From assembly GCA_018396535.1 (NCBI GenBank), contig JAGTQC010000003.1, positions 112,052 through 176,051 on the forward strand: a DNA stretch of 64,000 nt, in the 5' to 3' direction. The DNA is from Candidatus Bathyarchaeota archaeon (GTDB lineage: Archaea > Thermoproteota > CALKCG01 > B24 > DRYS01). This document shows positions 19,786 to 29,997 of the stretch, in pieces. The notes below the pieces were generated by a model. The model worked only from the letters and a program-made list of their open reading frames with translations, did no database searches and had not been told where the DNA came from. Within the stretch, counting starts at the first letter, position 1, and each line of letters begins with the position of its first letter. A program made the position numbers and the translations under genes.

Positions 19786-21135
19786 TTATACCCCCTCATT
19801 TAAGCTTCTACCTAAAATCGTATTCCTAGGAAACCATATCTCCCTAGCTTCACCTACTGTAAAAACCGATCCTGTAACAAGTATAACATCATCTTCCGAT
19901 GAGAGCTTTTTTGCCATCATAACAGCATCCTTTACATCCTCCACCACCATAGCCTTCCTACCGTAAAACTCTGCTCTAGACGCCAATATATTAGGATCTA
20001 AACCCCTACCCATAACCTTATGTCTACACGCGATTACCATATCTGAAAAGCTACAAAACTCTCTCATCATACTCTCATAATCCTTATCGGAAGATATACC
20101 GACAACTAGTATCACCCTTCTACTTGAGAATAATCTTTCAAACTCCCTTCTAATAGCTGAAGCAGCTCTAGGATCCTTAGCACAATCCAGTATGATCATA
20201 GGCTTTCGTTCGACTATCTCAAACCTACCAGGCCAGAAAGCATTCCCTAACCCTCTCCTAATAGATTCCTCATGTACCTCGATCCCCCTTAACGAAAGGA
20301 GCTCGATAGCACCTACAGCTGTAGCGGCGTTGACTACTTGATGTAACCCTATCATACTTAGGGTTAAATCTTCATATATACCCAGTAAACCCTTCAGATC
20401 GAATACCTCTCCATCTAATCCAGCAGATTTTATGGTAAATACCAAATCTCTACAAACCTCTACGAGCTTTGCTCTCCTCCTTTGAGCTATCATCTCTAGT
20501 ACTCTTAGTGCTTCGATCTTATCAGCAGCTGTGATAGCTAGTCCTTCACGCTTAATTATACCTCCCTTCTCCCTAGCTATCTTATCTACGGTATTCCCTA
20601 GTATATGTGTATGTTCTAGATCTACATTAGTTATGACAGAGACTAGGGGGTTTAAGACATTAGTAGCATCGAGACGTCCTCCAAGACCAACCTCTACCAC
20701 TGCTATATCCACCTTCTCCTCTTCGAATAGTTTAAACGCTATAGCAACCGTAACCTCAAAAAATGAAGGTCTACCATAACGTTTACATCTACTCATCCTC
20801 TCTACGTATGGTAGTATCTCCTCGCATACTTCTAACAGTTTATCCTCCCTTATTGGTTTACCATCTACTACAAACCTCTCCGTATAACTTGATAGATGAG
20901 GTTTGGTAAACATCCCTACATGGAAACCTTCTTCTAGGAGTATGGAGGCTATCATCGATACAGTAGACCCTTTCCCGTTAGTACCTCCTACAAGTATAGA
21001 GTCAAACTTCTCATGCGGATTATCTACAAGTTTAAGTAGTCGCTTTATATTTCTCAGATCAAATTTAGCTCTATCCCTTCTAAGATTGTATATATAGTTT
21101 ACAATTTGATCATAATCAGTTATATTGTACGCCAT
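19786..21135 (-). CDS. folC: Folylpolyglutamate synthase/dihydrofolate synthase
   Basis: GTNGKGS, EVGLGGRLDATN, WPGRFE, TGSVF; ATG at 21135 after GGTGAT SD. Confidence 0.93.
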   Translation of the reverse strand: MAYNITDYDQIVNYIYNLRRDRAKFDLRNIKRLLKLVDNPHEKFDSILVGGTNGKGSTVSMIASILLEEGFHVGMFTKPHLSSYTERFVVDGKPIREDKLLEVCEEILPYVERMSRCKRYGRPSFFEVTVAIAFKLFEEEKVDIAVVEVGLGGRLDATNVLNPLVSVITNVDLEHTHILGNTVDKIAREKGGIIKREGLAITAADKIEALRVLEMIAQRRRAKLVEVCRDLVFTIKSAGLDGEVFDLKGLLGIYEDLTLSMIGLHQVVNAATAVGAIELLSLRGIEVHEESIRRGLGNAFWPGRFEIVERKPMIILDCAKDPRAASAIRREFERLFSSRRVILVVGISSDKDYESMMREFCSFSDMVIACRHKVMGRGLDPNILASRAEFYGRKAMVVEDVKDAVMMAKKLSSEDDVILVTGSVFTVGEAREIWFPRNTILGRSLNEGV

Positions 21136-21152
21136 AGAATCACCAATATTAG

Positions 21153-21809
21153 TCAACCATAATTTAATATCTTAACACGACGCCCTTCAATCCTTATTAT
21201 TCTCTCCTGAAAAATCTTTATAGCTTCGATTAAAGCCTCCTGCTCCTTCTCCTGAACCTTAGCTTTAAGAGTTAACGGCGTATCATCATCGCTTACTTCT
21301 ACAACCTTCTGTATAAGTATCGGTCCAGTATCAACCCCTTCATCGACAAAGTGTAGTGTACATCCTGTAACTTTAACACCGTAATCTAGAATAGCTTTAT
21401 GAACTTCTAGATCCATACCTCCGGAGAAAGCCGGTAATAGAGATGGATGAATATTGAGTATCCTCCATCTAAATCTATCTACGAAAAACTTACTGAGTAT
21501 CCTCATATATCCTATGAGCAATACTAGGTCTATCGGCCCCCTCTTTTCAAGCTCGCCTACGATGATCTTATCATACTCCTCTCTCGAAAGACCCTTAGGA
21601 TCGATGAATATCGCTTCTATTCCGTTCATCCTAGCTCTCTCTAGTATATACGCATTCCTCCTATCGCTTATAACACACACTATCTCTGCATAAAGCTCTC
21701 CACTCTTTATAGAATCTATTATCGCTTGTAGATCAGTCCCCCTAGTGGATCCTAAGACTGCTATTCTTAATGGTCTATCCTTGACTGGGTATATGACATT
21801 TGATTCCAA
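21153..21809 (-). CDS. purN: Phosphoribosylglycinamide formyltransferase (10-formyl-THF dependent)
   Basis: GSTRGTDLQA, NIHPSLLP, GCTLHFVDEGVDTGP. Confidence 0.93.
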   Translation of the reverse strand: MESNVIYPVKDRPLRIAVLGSTRGTDLQAIIDSIKSGELYAEIVCVISDRRNAYILERARMNGIEAIFIDPKGLSREEYDKIIVGELEKRGPIDLVLLIGYMRILSKFFVDRFRWRILNIHPSLLPAFSGGMDLEVHKAILDYGVKVTGCTLHFVDEGVDTGPILIQKVVEVSDDDTPLTLKAKVQEKEQEALIEAIKIFQERIIRIEGRRVKILNYG

Positions 21810-21810
21810 T

Positions 21811-22677
21811 CTACATCAACCCCTGGAGCTTCATAGCTTGGAAGAGGTTATCTACAACCATAGCTACAGTTACCGGACCTACACCTCCAGGTACTGGTGT
21901 TATCATCGAAGCTTTACATCCGACATTCTTGAAATCGACATCGCCTACTATTCTCCCCTCAACTCTGGATATACCTACATCCACCACTACAGCCCCATCA
22001 CGTACCATAGAAGCCTTTATGAGCAGTGGAACACCAGTAGCTGATACGAGGATATCCGCATTAGAGGTATGCGATGGTAGATTTCTAGTTTTAGCATGAC
22101 ATATAGATACTGTCGCAAACCTATTCGTTAAAACCATTGAGAGAGGTTTGCCTACAAGTATGCTATTGCTTACTACACATACCTCAGCCCCTTCTAATTC
22201 CACACTATAGTACTCCAGTATTTTCACAACAGCTCTAGCTCCGCATGGTACTAGAGTCTCATCTCCATGCATAAGCTTACCTAGATTAACAGGTGTTAAC
22301 CCATCCACATCTTTGCTCGGATCTAGGATAGAGAATACTCTATAAGGATCGATATGTTTAGGTAGTGGTAGCTGTACCAATATTCCGTTAATGCTTGTAT
22401 CATCGTTTAGAGATCCTATTATCTCGAGAAGAGTTTTGAGGTCGATCGAATCTGGCTTACGTATAACTATAACGTCTATACCAACTTTTTCGCAATAACT
22501 AACCTTATTCTTGACGAATAGTTTTGAAGCTGGATCATCACCTACCATAACTATAGATAGTCTTGGTTTTAGCCCTCTATGGGCTAACTCTAACACGTTC
22601 TCTCTATGTATCCTACACATATAATCTGCTATAATTCTACCATCCATAATCTTAACCTTACTTTGTTGTCCAATCAT
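21811..22677 (-). CDS. folD: Methylene-THF dehydrogenase/cyclohydrolase
   Basis: [30 protein letters not shown]. Confidence 0.95.
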   Translation of the reverse strand: MIGQQSKVKIMDGRIIADYMCRIHRENVLELAHRGLKPRLSIVMVGDDPASKLFVKNKVSYCEKVGIDVIVIRKPDSIDLKTLLEIIGSLNDDTSINGILVQLPLPKHIDPYRVFSILDPSKDVDGLTPVNLGKLMHGDETLVPCGARAVVKILEYYSVELEGAEVCVVSNSILVGKPLSMVLTNRFATVSICHAKTRNLPSHTSNADILVSATGVPLLIKASMVRDGAVVVDVGISRVEGRIVGDVDFKNVGCKASMITPVPGGVGPVTVAMVVDNLFQAMKLQGLM

Positions 22678-23887
22678 AGATTGGAAACCTCCTACACATA
22701 TCCACTACGTCTTTTCTCACATCCTCTATAGCAGCTTGGTCACCATTATTCCTTATAACATGGTCTATCATCTTAGCGATATCAACCATCTCGCACTCAG
22801 TCATACCCCTAGCTGCTACACAGGGTGTTCCAAGTCTTAGACCGCTAGTAATATATGGAGGTTTATCATCGTATGGTACGAGATTCCTATTAACATATAT
22901 TAATGCCTTCTCTAACATCTTTTGAGCTTTAAGTCCACTCATACCTTTACTCCTTAGATCAACCAACAGTAGATGGTTATCCGTTCCACCGCTAACAATT
23001 CTATAACCTCTATCTAATAGACTTGAAGCTAGAGCTTTAGCATCCCGTACTATTAGGCGTTGATACTCTCTAAACTCTTCTGTAGCCGCTAATTTGAAAC
23101 ATACAGCTTTAGCTGCAATTATATGCATTAAAGGCCCGCTTTGTATACCTGGGAATACTGCCCTATCTACAGCTTCACTCCACTCTTTACGACAGAGTAT
23201 AAACCCGCCTCTAGGACCTCTCAAAGTTTTCTGCGTAGTAGATGTAACGAAATCCGCATATGGTGTTGGATTCATATGTATTCCAGCTGCTACAAGCCCA
23301 GCAATATGTGCCATATCGACCATAAATAGTGCTCCTACCTCATCACATATTTCTCTGAATCTTTTAAAATCTATCTCCCTAGGATACGCACTTGCTCCAG
23401 CGATGATTAGTTTAGGCTTATACTCCCTAGCGATACTCTCTATCTCATCGTAATCTAAAACTTCTGTACTTCTATTTACGCCATAGAATGCGAATTTGTA
23501 AAAAATACCTGAAAAGTTTATAGGACTTCCATGGGTTAAGTGACCTCCATGTGCTAGATCCATAGCTAGTACTCTATCTCTAGGCTTTAACGCTGCAAGA
23601 TATACGGCTTGATTAGCCTGACTACCTGAATGAGGTTGAACATTAGCGTGCTCCGCACCGAATAATCTCTTCGCTCTCTCTACAGCTATCCTTTCTATTT
23701 CATCGTAGTATTCGCATCCACTATAATATCTCTTCCCAGGGTATCCCTCTGCATACTTATTAGTTAGTAGGCTTGCCTGTGCTTCTATAACTGCTTCGAA
23801 TGCATAGTTCTCAGATGCTATAAGATCTATACCATACACCTGTCTTTCACATTCTTTCGTAATCAATTCTGCTATCTCTGGATCCAC
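22658..23887 (-). CDS. glyA: Serine hydroxymethyltransferase, bacterial-type (THF)
   Basis: [56 protein letters not shown]; start uncertain. Confidence 0.95.
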   Translation of the reverse strand: MDPEIAELITKECERQVYGIDLIASENYAFEAVIEAQASLLTNKYAEGYPGKRYYSGCEYYDEIERIAVERAKRLFGAEHANVQPHSGSQANQAVYLAALKPRDRVLAMDLAHGGHLTHGSPINFSGIFYKFAFYGVNRSTEVLDYDEIESIAREYKPKLIIAGASAYPREIDFKRFREICDEVGALFMVDMAHIAGLVAAGIHMNPTPYADFVTSTTQKTLRGPRGGFILCRKEWSEAVDRAVFPGIQSGPLMHIIAAKAVCFKLAATEEFREYQRLIVRDAKALASSLLDRGYRIVSGGTDNHLLLVDLRSKGMSGLKAQKMLEKALIYVNRNLVPYDDKPPYITSGLRLGTPCVAARGMTECEMVDIAKMIDHVIRNNGDQAAIEDVRKDVVDMCRRFPIYDWTTK

Positions 23888-23932
23888 ATCGACAAGTTTC
23901 AGAGCATGCTTTACGATAGCCCAGCACCCCCT

Positions 23933-25402
23933 CTACAACTCTATCTTTCCTCTACCTGGTATCCAATCTATACTACGGCCTAGCATACCCTTCCTCTCTC
24001 TATACTGGTATATCTCGCGTACAAGGTCTGCTAGAATCCTCCTCTTCTCTAAAAGTCTAGGAGTACCTATGTCGCTTCTATGGAATAGTCTCCATCCATC
24101 TAAAAGCCTCACGTAGGATATACATCGTTCAGCTATTTCCGAAGCTTCCTCTATACTATCAGCTTCAGCGTATATTTCACATGCTCTAGATCCACCTGTT
24201 AAGAGCTTTCCATCAACCATATCTACAGAGCTCCAGAAAAGCTTTCCCCCCCTCCTAGTTATAGCCTCCTCATCCACAGCTACGGGATGGCCCCTCGCTA
24301 GATCTCTTCTATCAGGATAACCTAATGGAGCTATACATTTAACTACTGTAGCTTTTTCGCGAAATTCGAGTTTAATCTTCGAAAGCTTCCGCTCGAGTAT
24401 AGCTTCGCATATCTCTACCATATCTGTTTCAAGTATTGGAAGGATATTCTCCCCTTCCGGCTGCCCGAATCGGCTATACATCTCTATTATTGTTGGACCC
24501 CACTTATCTGTTAACATCATCTGCCCAGCGATTACCCCACGATAAAGCTCACCTGTCTCACTCTGTACAGCTTCGACCATTTTCCTAACGATCTCAACTG
24601 ATCTATAGTATTCCTCCATAGTTATGAATGGTAGGGTTAATCCTTTACCACATATAGAACCCATACCACCAGTTTCAGGTCCTAGATCATCCTCATATGC
24701 ATGTTTATTATCCTGGACTAGGGGCATGGGAAGTATGGTCTCCCCATCGCTAAAGCATTGAAGTGTATATTCAGGCCCCTCAACCTTCTCTTCCAGTAGG
24801 ATTTTCTCCTCTACATCTCTATAGTCTCTCATATGCTCTTTAACAACTCTCTCAGCATGTTTAGCTTTGACATCCCTCTTCTCTCTAGAAAGGTATACAT
24901 GCATATCCGCTATAACCTTGACACCTTTACCTCCAGCTTGCCTAGCAGGCTTTATAGCTAAGCTCTCAGCATACTCGCTTATGTACGCTATAGCATCCTC
25001 TATGTTTTTGAATGCTTTAAATCTAAGCCTTCCTGGAATTTCATACTTCCACATAAGCTTTCTCATATAGGCTTTAGACATCTCTACTTCAGCTACAGCT
25101 TTACGTGCACCTATACACCCTATACCTCTTCGTTCAACCTCATCAGCTACTCCATGGAATAGAGGCTCCTCAGGACCTACGAATACAAAATCCACGTTCA
25201 GCTCTTCAGCATAGTCTGCCACCTGTACAGGATCTATCGGGGAGCCTCTACGATACCTACCCATGCTCTGTTCGCATATCCTAGCTATCCCAGGGTTGAT
25301 GAGATGCATTAAAGCATAGATTCTAGGCTCCTTTACGCTTCTGGCTAATGCTTCTGCTATCGCATGTTCTCTAGATCCATCACCTACGAGTAGAATTTTC
25401 AT
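23933..25402 (-). CDS. purD: Phosphoribosylamine-glycine ligase
   Basis: GDGSREHA, GPEEPL, GGKGV, GPETGGMG. Confidence 0.93.
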   Translation of the reverse strand: MKILLVGDGSREHAIAEALARSVKEPRIYALMHLINPGIARICEQSMGRYRRGSPIDPVQVADYAEELNVDFVFVGPEEPLFHGVADEVERRGIGCIGARKAVAEVEMSKAYMRKLMWKYEIPGRLRFKAFKNIEDAIAYISEYAESLAIKPARQAGGKGVKVIADMHVYLSREKRDVKAKHAERVVKEHMRDYRDVEEKILLEEKVEGPEYTLQCFSDGETILPMPLVQDNKHAYEDDLGPETGGMGSICGKGLTLPFITMEEYYRSVEIVRKMVEAVQSETGELYRGVIAGQMMLTDKWGPTIIEMYSRFGQPEGENILPILETDMVEICEAILERKLSKIKLEFREKATVVKCIAPLGYPDRRDLARGHPVAVDEEAITRRGGKLFWSSVDMVDGKLLTGGSRACEIYAEADSIEEASEIAERCISYVRLLDGWRLFHRSDIGTPRLLEKRRILADLVREIYQYRERKGMLGRSIDWIPGRGKIEL

Positions 25403-26689
25403 CTAGCTACCTCCACCATCTGGATATACGCCTGTAAAACATCCAAGGCATAGTGAATCTTTAGTTAAGCCTATAGCTTCTACAAGCCTATCCACAGGTA
25501 GGTAACTGAAACTATCTGCACCTATAACATCTGCTATTTCCTCAGGTGTTAATGCCCTACCTATAAGTTCATCCTCTGGTGGGACAGCTGTGCCATAAGG
25601 GCATCTAGCCTTTATAGCAGGGCTACCTATCCTAACATGAACTTCCTTAGCCCCCCTCTTCCTGAGTATATATACGGTATTCCTTAGCGTAGTACCCCTT
25701 ACAACGCTATCATCTATCAAAACAACTCTCCTACCTCTTACGGCACTCCTAATAGGGTTTAGTTTAAGCTGAACACCCATCAATCTCTCAATCTCCGTAG
25801 GCCTTATAGCTGTTCTCATACTTCTTCCAGTCCTATAGAACCCCATTTCTACAGGTATACCTCTAGCTTGAGCATAAGCCATAGCGAATGGTATCGCAGT
25901 CTCTGGTACACCTATAACTACGTCAGCATCTACAGGATCGATATCAGATAAAAATACCCCTATCTTCTTCCTAACATCGTAAACATGTATACCGTTGATT
26001 ATGGAATCTGGCCTAGCATAGTAGACATACTCGAATGAACAGTAGGCTCTCATTCCACTATTTACAACATTTCTCCTTACATCAAACTTCTCGATAACGA
26101 ATACCTCACCGGGCTCTATATCTCTAGATAGATCGGCTCCGACTACGTCTAAAGCAGAAGATTCTGAAGCTAGTATAGCTAGATCGAATCCAAGCCCACC
26201 TATACATAGAGGTTTAACACCTAGTTTGTCTCTTGCTGCCATCATACGTCCATCGCTAGTAATGCATACAAAGCTATACCCTCCCCTAAACTTCTCGATC
26301 GTCGCCTCTCCAGCTTGCTCTGCATTATTCTCTATAAGCTTACTTAGTAAGAATTCCGCCATCCCACGGAAGTTTGCATTGATTAAACCTCCCGAAGCAT
26401 ATAGGATAAGAGTTAATCCATTCTTGGATACGATTAGAGGTCTCCCCATTTTCTTGCTAGTAGCTGTACACCCGCATCCTACGTATCCTTTAAGCCTACT
26501 AATACTGGTTTCTGTGAACCCCTCTTCAACTAAGCCCGCCACTGTCTTAGTATATATCCCCCCTTCCTTCCATGTCGTTATGGAGCTATACTCTTGTCCT
26601 CTATGCTGAAGCCCCATTAGCCCATAGTATATGAATCTAGATACTGACCATAAGTCATCGAATGCATATATGCCTAGAATACCACTCAC
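25403..26689 (-). CDS. purF: Amidophosphoribosyltransferase paralog lacking the N-terminal catalytic Cys
   Basis: LQHRGQE, FEYVYYARPDS, IDDSVVRGTT, CLGCFTG; begins MSGILG rather than MCG. Confidence 0.85.
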   Translation of the reverse strand: MSGILGIYAFDDLWSVSRFIYYGLMGLQHRGQEYSSITTWKEGGIYTKTVAGLVEEGFTETSISRLKGYVGCGCTATSKKMGRPLIVSKNGLTLILYASGGLINANFRGMAEFLLSKLIENNAEQAGEATIEKFRGGYSFVCITSDGRMMAARDKLGVKPLCIGGLGFDLAILASESSALDVVGADLSRDIEPGEVFVIEKFDVRRNVVNSGMRAYCSFEYVYYARPDSIINGIHVYDVRKKIGVFLSDIDPVDADVVIGVPETAIPFAMAYAQARGIPVEMGFYRTGRSMRTAIRPTEIERLMGVQLKLNPIRSAVRGRRVVLIDDSVVRGTTLRNTVYILRKRGAKEVHVRIGSPAIKARCPYGTAVPPEDELIGRALTPEEIADVIGADSFSYLPVDRLVEAIGLTKDSLCLGCFTGVYPDGGGS

Positions 26690-28086
26690 TCCTTAACCCA
26701 CCTCCCACTTAAAATTTTAGGATCAATTTCCATAGGATAGACACCTGTCAGACATGCTAAACAGAGTTCAGATTCATCTATACCTATAGATTCGATCAAT
26801 CCATCTATTGTCATATATGTTAAGCTATCTGCACCTATATTCCTTCTAATATCCTCCATACCTTTATCACACGCTATAAGCTCGTCATATGTCGGAAAAT
26901 CTACACCCATATAGCATGGCGAGACTATAGGAGGACATGTAACTGCTAGATGGACTTCTCTAGCACCAGCCTTACGTAAAATAGATACTAGCACCTTAGA
27001 AGTAGTTCCTCTTACTATACTATCATCAATCATTATTACACGTTTATCTTTCAAAACTTCCCTTATAGGATTGAATTTCATGGTTACATATTCACCCCTA
27101 TCCTCAGGCATTATGAAGGTCCTCCATACGTATCTATTAACACCGAAACCTTCTGCTAGAGGAACCCCGCTTCTTTTAGAAAAACCTAATGCAGCTATCC
27201 TACTAGTCTCAGGTACTGGTATAACTACATCAGCATCTACATTACAGAGCTCTGCAAGCTTTTCACCAAGCCTATACCTCACCCTATATACACTTATACC
27301 CTCTATCATAGAGTCTGGGCGAGAGAAATACACCCACTCAAACATACAATGTGCATGTCTATCACATTTTACCCACTCTACTTCCAGTAGTTCATCATCT
27401 GCTACAATTATCGTACCTGGAGGTATATCTCTAGCGAATTTAGCTCCAACAACATCTAAAGCTGAACTTTCAGATGAGAAAACGTAGTTTGAATAATCTA
27501 TAAGGCCTATACATAGAGGTTTGACCCCGTATTTATCCCTGAAAGCTATCAGTGCACCATTATCAAGGAGGAGTAACGCTGAATAGGATCCAACAAGCTC
27601 CTGCATAGCATATCCGATGGAGTCTATTATACCCCAACCCTTCTTGATATATTTCGATATAAGGTAGCCTATAACTTCTAAATCAGATGTTGTCGAAAAA
27701 CTATACCCTTCACTTTCCAGTTTTTCTCTAAGCTCTCCATAGTTAGCGATATTCCCGTTAAAACATAGTGAAAACTTTTGTGTAGAATTAAACTCCATAG
27801 GCTGGCTATTTTCGATTCTATTCATACCGCGAGTAGAGTATCTTACGTGTCCTATCCCGCATTTTCCATCGAGAAGCTTTAACCTTTTAGGATCAAATAC
27901 CTCTAGCACTAATCCTAAGCCTTTATAAGTATGTATTCTACCGTGATTGATTATACTTATACCTGCAGATTCTTGCCCCCTATGTTGAAGGGCTAATAAC
28001 CCTTGGAATATGACTTCCGCTACGTTTATATTGTTTAGGGTATTGGAAGTTATCCCGAATACTCCACAGCTTTCTCTTAACTTCAA
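26686..28086 (-). CDS. purF: Amidophosphoribosyltransferase
   Basis: ESCGVFG (propeptide plus Cys1), LQHRGQE, GHVRYST, DDSIVRGTT, CLAC. Confidence 0.95.
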   Translation of the reverse strand: MKLRESCGVFGITSNTLNNINVAEVIFQGLLALQHRGQESAGISIINHGRIHTYKGLGLVLEVFDPKRLKLLDGKCGIGHVRYSTRGMNRIENSQPMEFNSTQKFSLCFNGNIANYGELREKLESEGYSFSTTSDLEVIGYLISKYIKKGWGIIDSIGYAMQELVGSYSALLLLDNGALIAFRDKYGVKPLCIGLIDYSNYVFSSESSALDVVGAKFARDIPPGTIIVADDELLEVEWVKCDRHAHCMFEWVYFSRPDSMIEGISVYRVRYRLGEKLAELCNVDADVVIPVPETSRIAALGFSKRSGVPLAEGFGVNRYVWRTFIMPEDRGEYVTMKFNPIREVLKDKRVIMIDDSIVRGTTSKVLVSILRKAGAREVHLAVTCPPIVSPCYMGVDFPTYDELIACDKGMEDIRRNIGADSLTYMTIDGLIESIGIDESELCLACLTGVYPMEIDPKILSGRWVKE

Positions 28087-28261
28087 TCCCCCCGATTATT
28101 AGCCCTCCTCTTAGTAAACCCTATCTGATTAACATTTTACACATATACATGAAAAAACTATATGGAGAAATCTATATGAAAATTTTTATCTACAATAGTT
28201 GCTTCCAGTATATTTTTACACATAAATGTCAATTATAGTCTAGGTAATAATACTTCGACTA

Positions 28262-28900
28262 TTGTATACATGCATCCGTAAATATGATGACCATCAGCGA
28301 TTGCTTACTAGAAAGCTTATGATATACCGACTGGATAAAAGGTATATGGATATGGTTCTCATAAAACGCATAGATTTCTATTTTGATCGCTTCGGCTATG
28401 AAAATACGCTTTACGTGGTAGAGGCTGTTAGAGATAGAGTGAAAGAGCTTGGGTTAAAATGGGTCATAGTGGCTAGTACCAGTGGAGCTACAGGTTTAAA
28501 ATTCGTTGAATCATTAAGAGGTTTAGCAGATGTTATAGTTGTATCATACAAGAGTATGGATAGAAGCTTTGTGGAAAAGATAAGAGAGCTAGGGGGTCTT
28601 ATAGTAGAGAATTGTGATACTCCGCTAAGTAATCCTAGGCTCAAACAAGCTAGAGATACACTGTATCTTATGGGCCAAGGGTTTAAAGTCGCTGTTGAAG
28701 TTGTATTGATAGCTACAGATCTAGGATTAGTAAAGATAGGTGCAGATGTGGTTGGAGTCGGAGGTACTGAAAGGGGTGCTGATACCGCCATAGTGATGAG
28801 GGCAGCCCCCTCAAATAGCTTGTTGAAAGGTCCTGGGGATAGAAGGCCTGTTATCAGGGAGATAATAGCTATGCCTAGAGTTAAAATGTGGTGGTTCTAA
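28262..28900 (+). CDS. Pyruvate kinase C-terminal (alpha/beta) domain-like protein
   Basis: YFDRFGYENT, VASTSGATG, GQGFKVAVE, GGTERGADTA; true start probably a downstream ATG (MDMVL). Confidence 0.75.
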   Translation: MYTCIRKYDDHQRLLTRKLMIYRLDKRYMDMVLIKRIDFYFDRFGYENTLYVVEAVRDRVKELGLKWVIVASTSGATGLKFVESLRGLADVIVVSYKSMDRSFVEKIRELGGLIVENCDTPLSNPRLKQARDTLYLMGQGFKVAVEVVLIATDLGLVKIGADVVGVGGTERGADTAIVMRAAPSNSLLKGPGDRRPVIREIIAMPRVKMWWF

Positions 28901-29891
28901 TCTTAGATTTCATCCTCCAGTAGCTTCTGATTATTTCAGTAGGTTCTCTAAAGGTCAGGGATATGCCAGTCGTACATGTAAGCCAGCATCCATCACAATG
29001 CTCTGCGATACGCATTATCATACTCCGTTCTCTATCTATTATCATTTCCAGCCTCTCCTTAATCAGATTTCCAAGTATTACGTCATCTCTAGTACTACAA
29101 GGTATCACCGCTCCATCTGGTTGTATTGATATGTAAAGTCTTCCTGCATCGCATACTTTATGTATGTTTCCAGACATATAGCTAACCATTCCGTCTATGT
29201 AGCTTTTTGGAAGTGGTACAGGTGTATCGGTTCTCTTTTTAAATTCGTGCAACTCTTCAGCTAGCCTATACGCTAACTTCGCATCTATTATTTGCGGGGG
29301 GTTCACAGGTTGTATAGTAAGGAAATCTACCTTATCACTTATATTATTCCATAGCTCGATTATCCTCCAAATATTATCTCGTGTAACCACAGTATTAACA
29401 CCTACAGTTGCTCCATGCCTCTTAAGTATGGTTATAGCTTTCAATGCTTTATCGTATGCTCCGTCTACGCCTCTTACCTTATCGTGTAATATGCCTATAT
29501 CATCTATGGATATTATTATGTAATCGAAGACTTTGCTAAGTTTTTGTGCGTTACCTTCGTTTACAAGTGTACCGTTAGTATTTATGGATGTTAACATACC
29601 ATAATTCTTTGCTTCGTATGCGAGCTTCACTATATCTAACCTTAAAAGCGGCTCTCCGCCACTAAACCCTAAGCTAGGTATACCTGCATCTCCCACATTC
29701 TTCACTATCCTAGTAGCCTCCTCATAGTTAGCTTCTCTACATGCACTCTGTCTCCATACGCTGCAGAAACTACACCTCAGGTTACACCTTAAAGTAACGT
29801 TGTAAAACGCTGCTAAGGGTTTCCATGCTTTAAGCTTTAACTCCATGTACCTAGCTAACATTCTTATGTATGGAATCATCAATCGCTTCAT
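28881..29891 (-). CDS. Radical SAM protein with SPASM/twitch-like C-terminal domain
   Basis: CNLRCSFC, SGGEP, CDAG...PDGAVIPC...GN...CDGCWLTC. Confidence 0.85.
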   Translation of the reverse strand: MKRLMIPYIRMLARYMELKLKAWKPLAAFYNVTLRCNLRCSFCSVWRQSACREANYEEATRIVKNVGDAGIPSLGFSGGEPLLRLDIVKLAYEAKNYGMLTSINTNGTLVNEGNAQKLSKVFDYIIISIDDIGILHDKVRGVDGAYDKALKAITILKRHGATVGVNTVVTRDNIWRIIELWNNISDKVDFLTIQPVNPPQIIDAKLAYRLAEELHEFKKRTDTPVPLPKSYIDGMVSYMSGNIHKVCDAGRLYISIQPDGAVIPCSTRDDVILGNLIKERLEMIIDRERSMIMRIAEHCDGCWLTCTTGISLTFREPTEIIRSYWRMKSKIRTTTF

Positions 29892-29997
29892 ATAATAATA
29901 CTATTCTTAACTTGTTATTAAGCTAAATTTCTCATAGAGTTATATCAGATCATAGACTACAAATAGAGAAATCTATATGATGGTTATATAAATGCTT

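Noticed and set aside
28881-29891. Radical SAM/SPASM enzyme as maturase of the Trp-rich micropeptide
   Set aside because: It lies 20 kb away with no linking genes; nothing in the sequence connects them.
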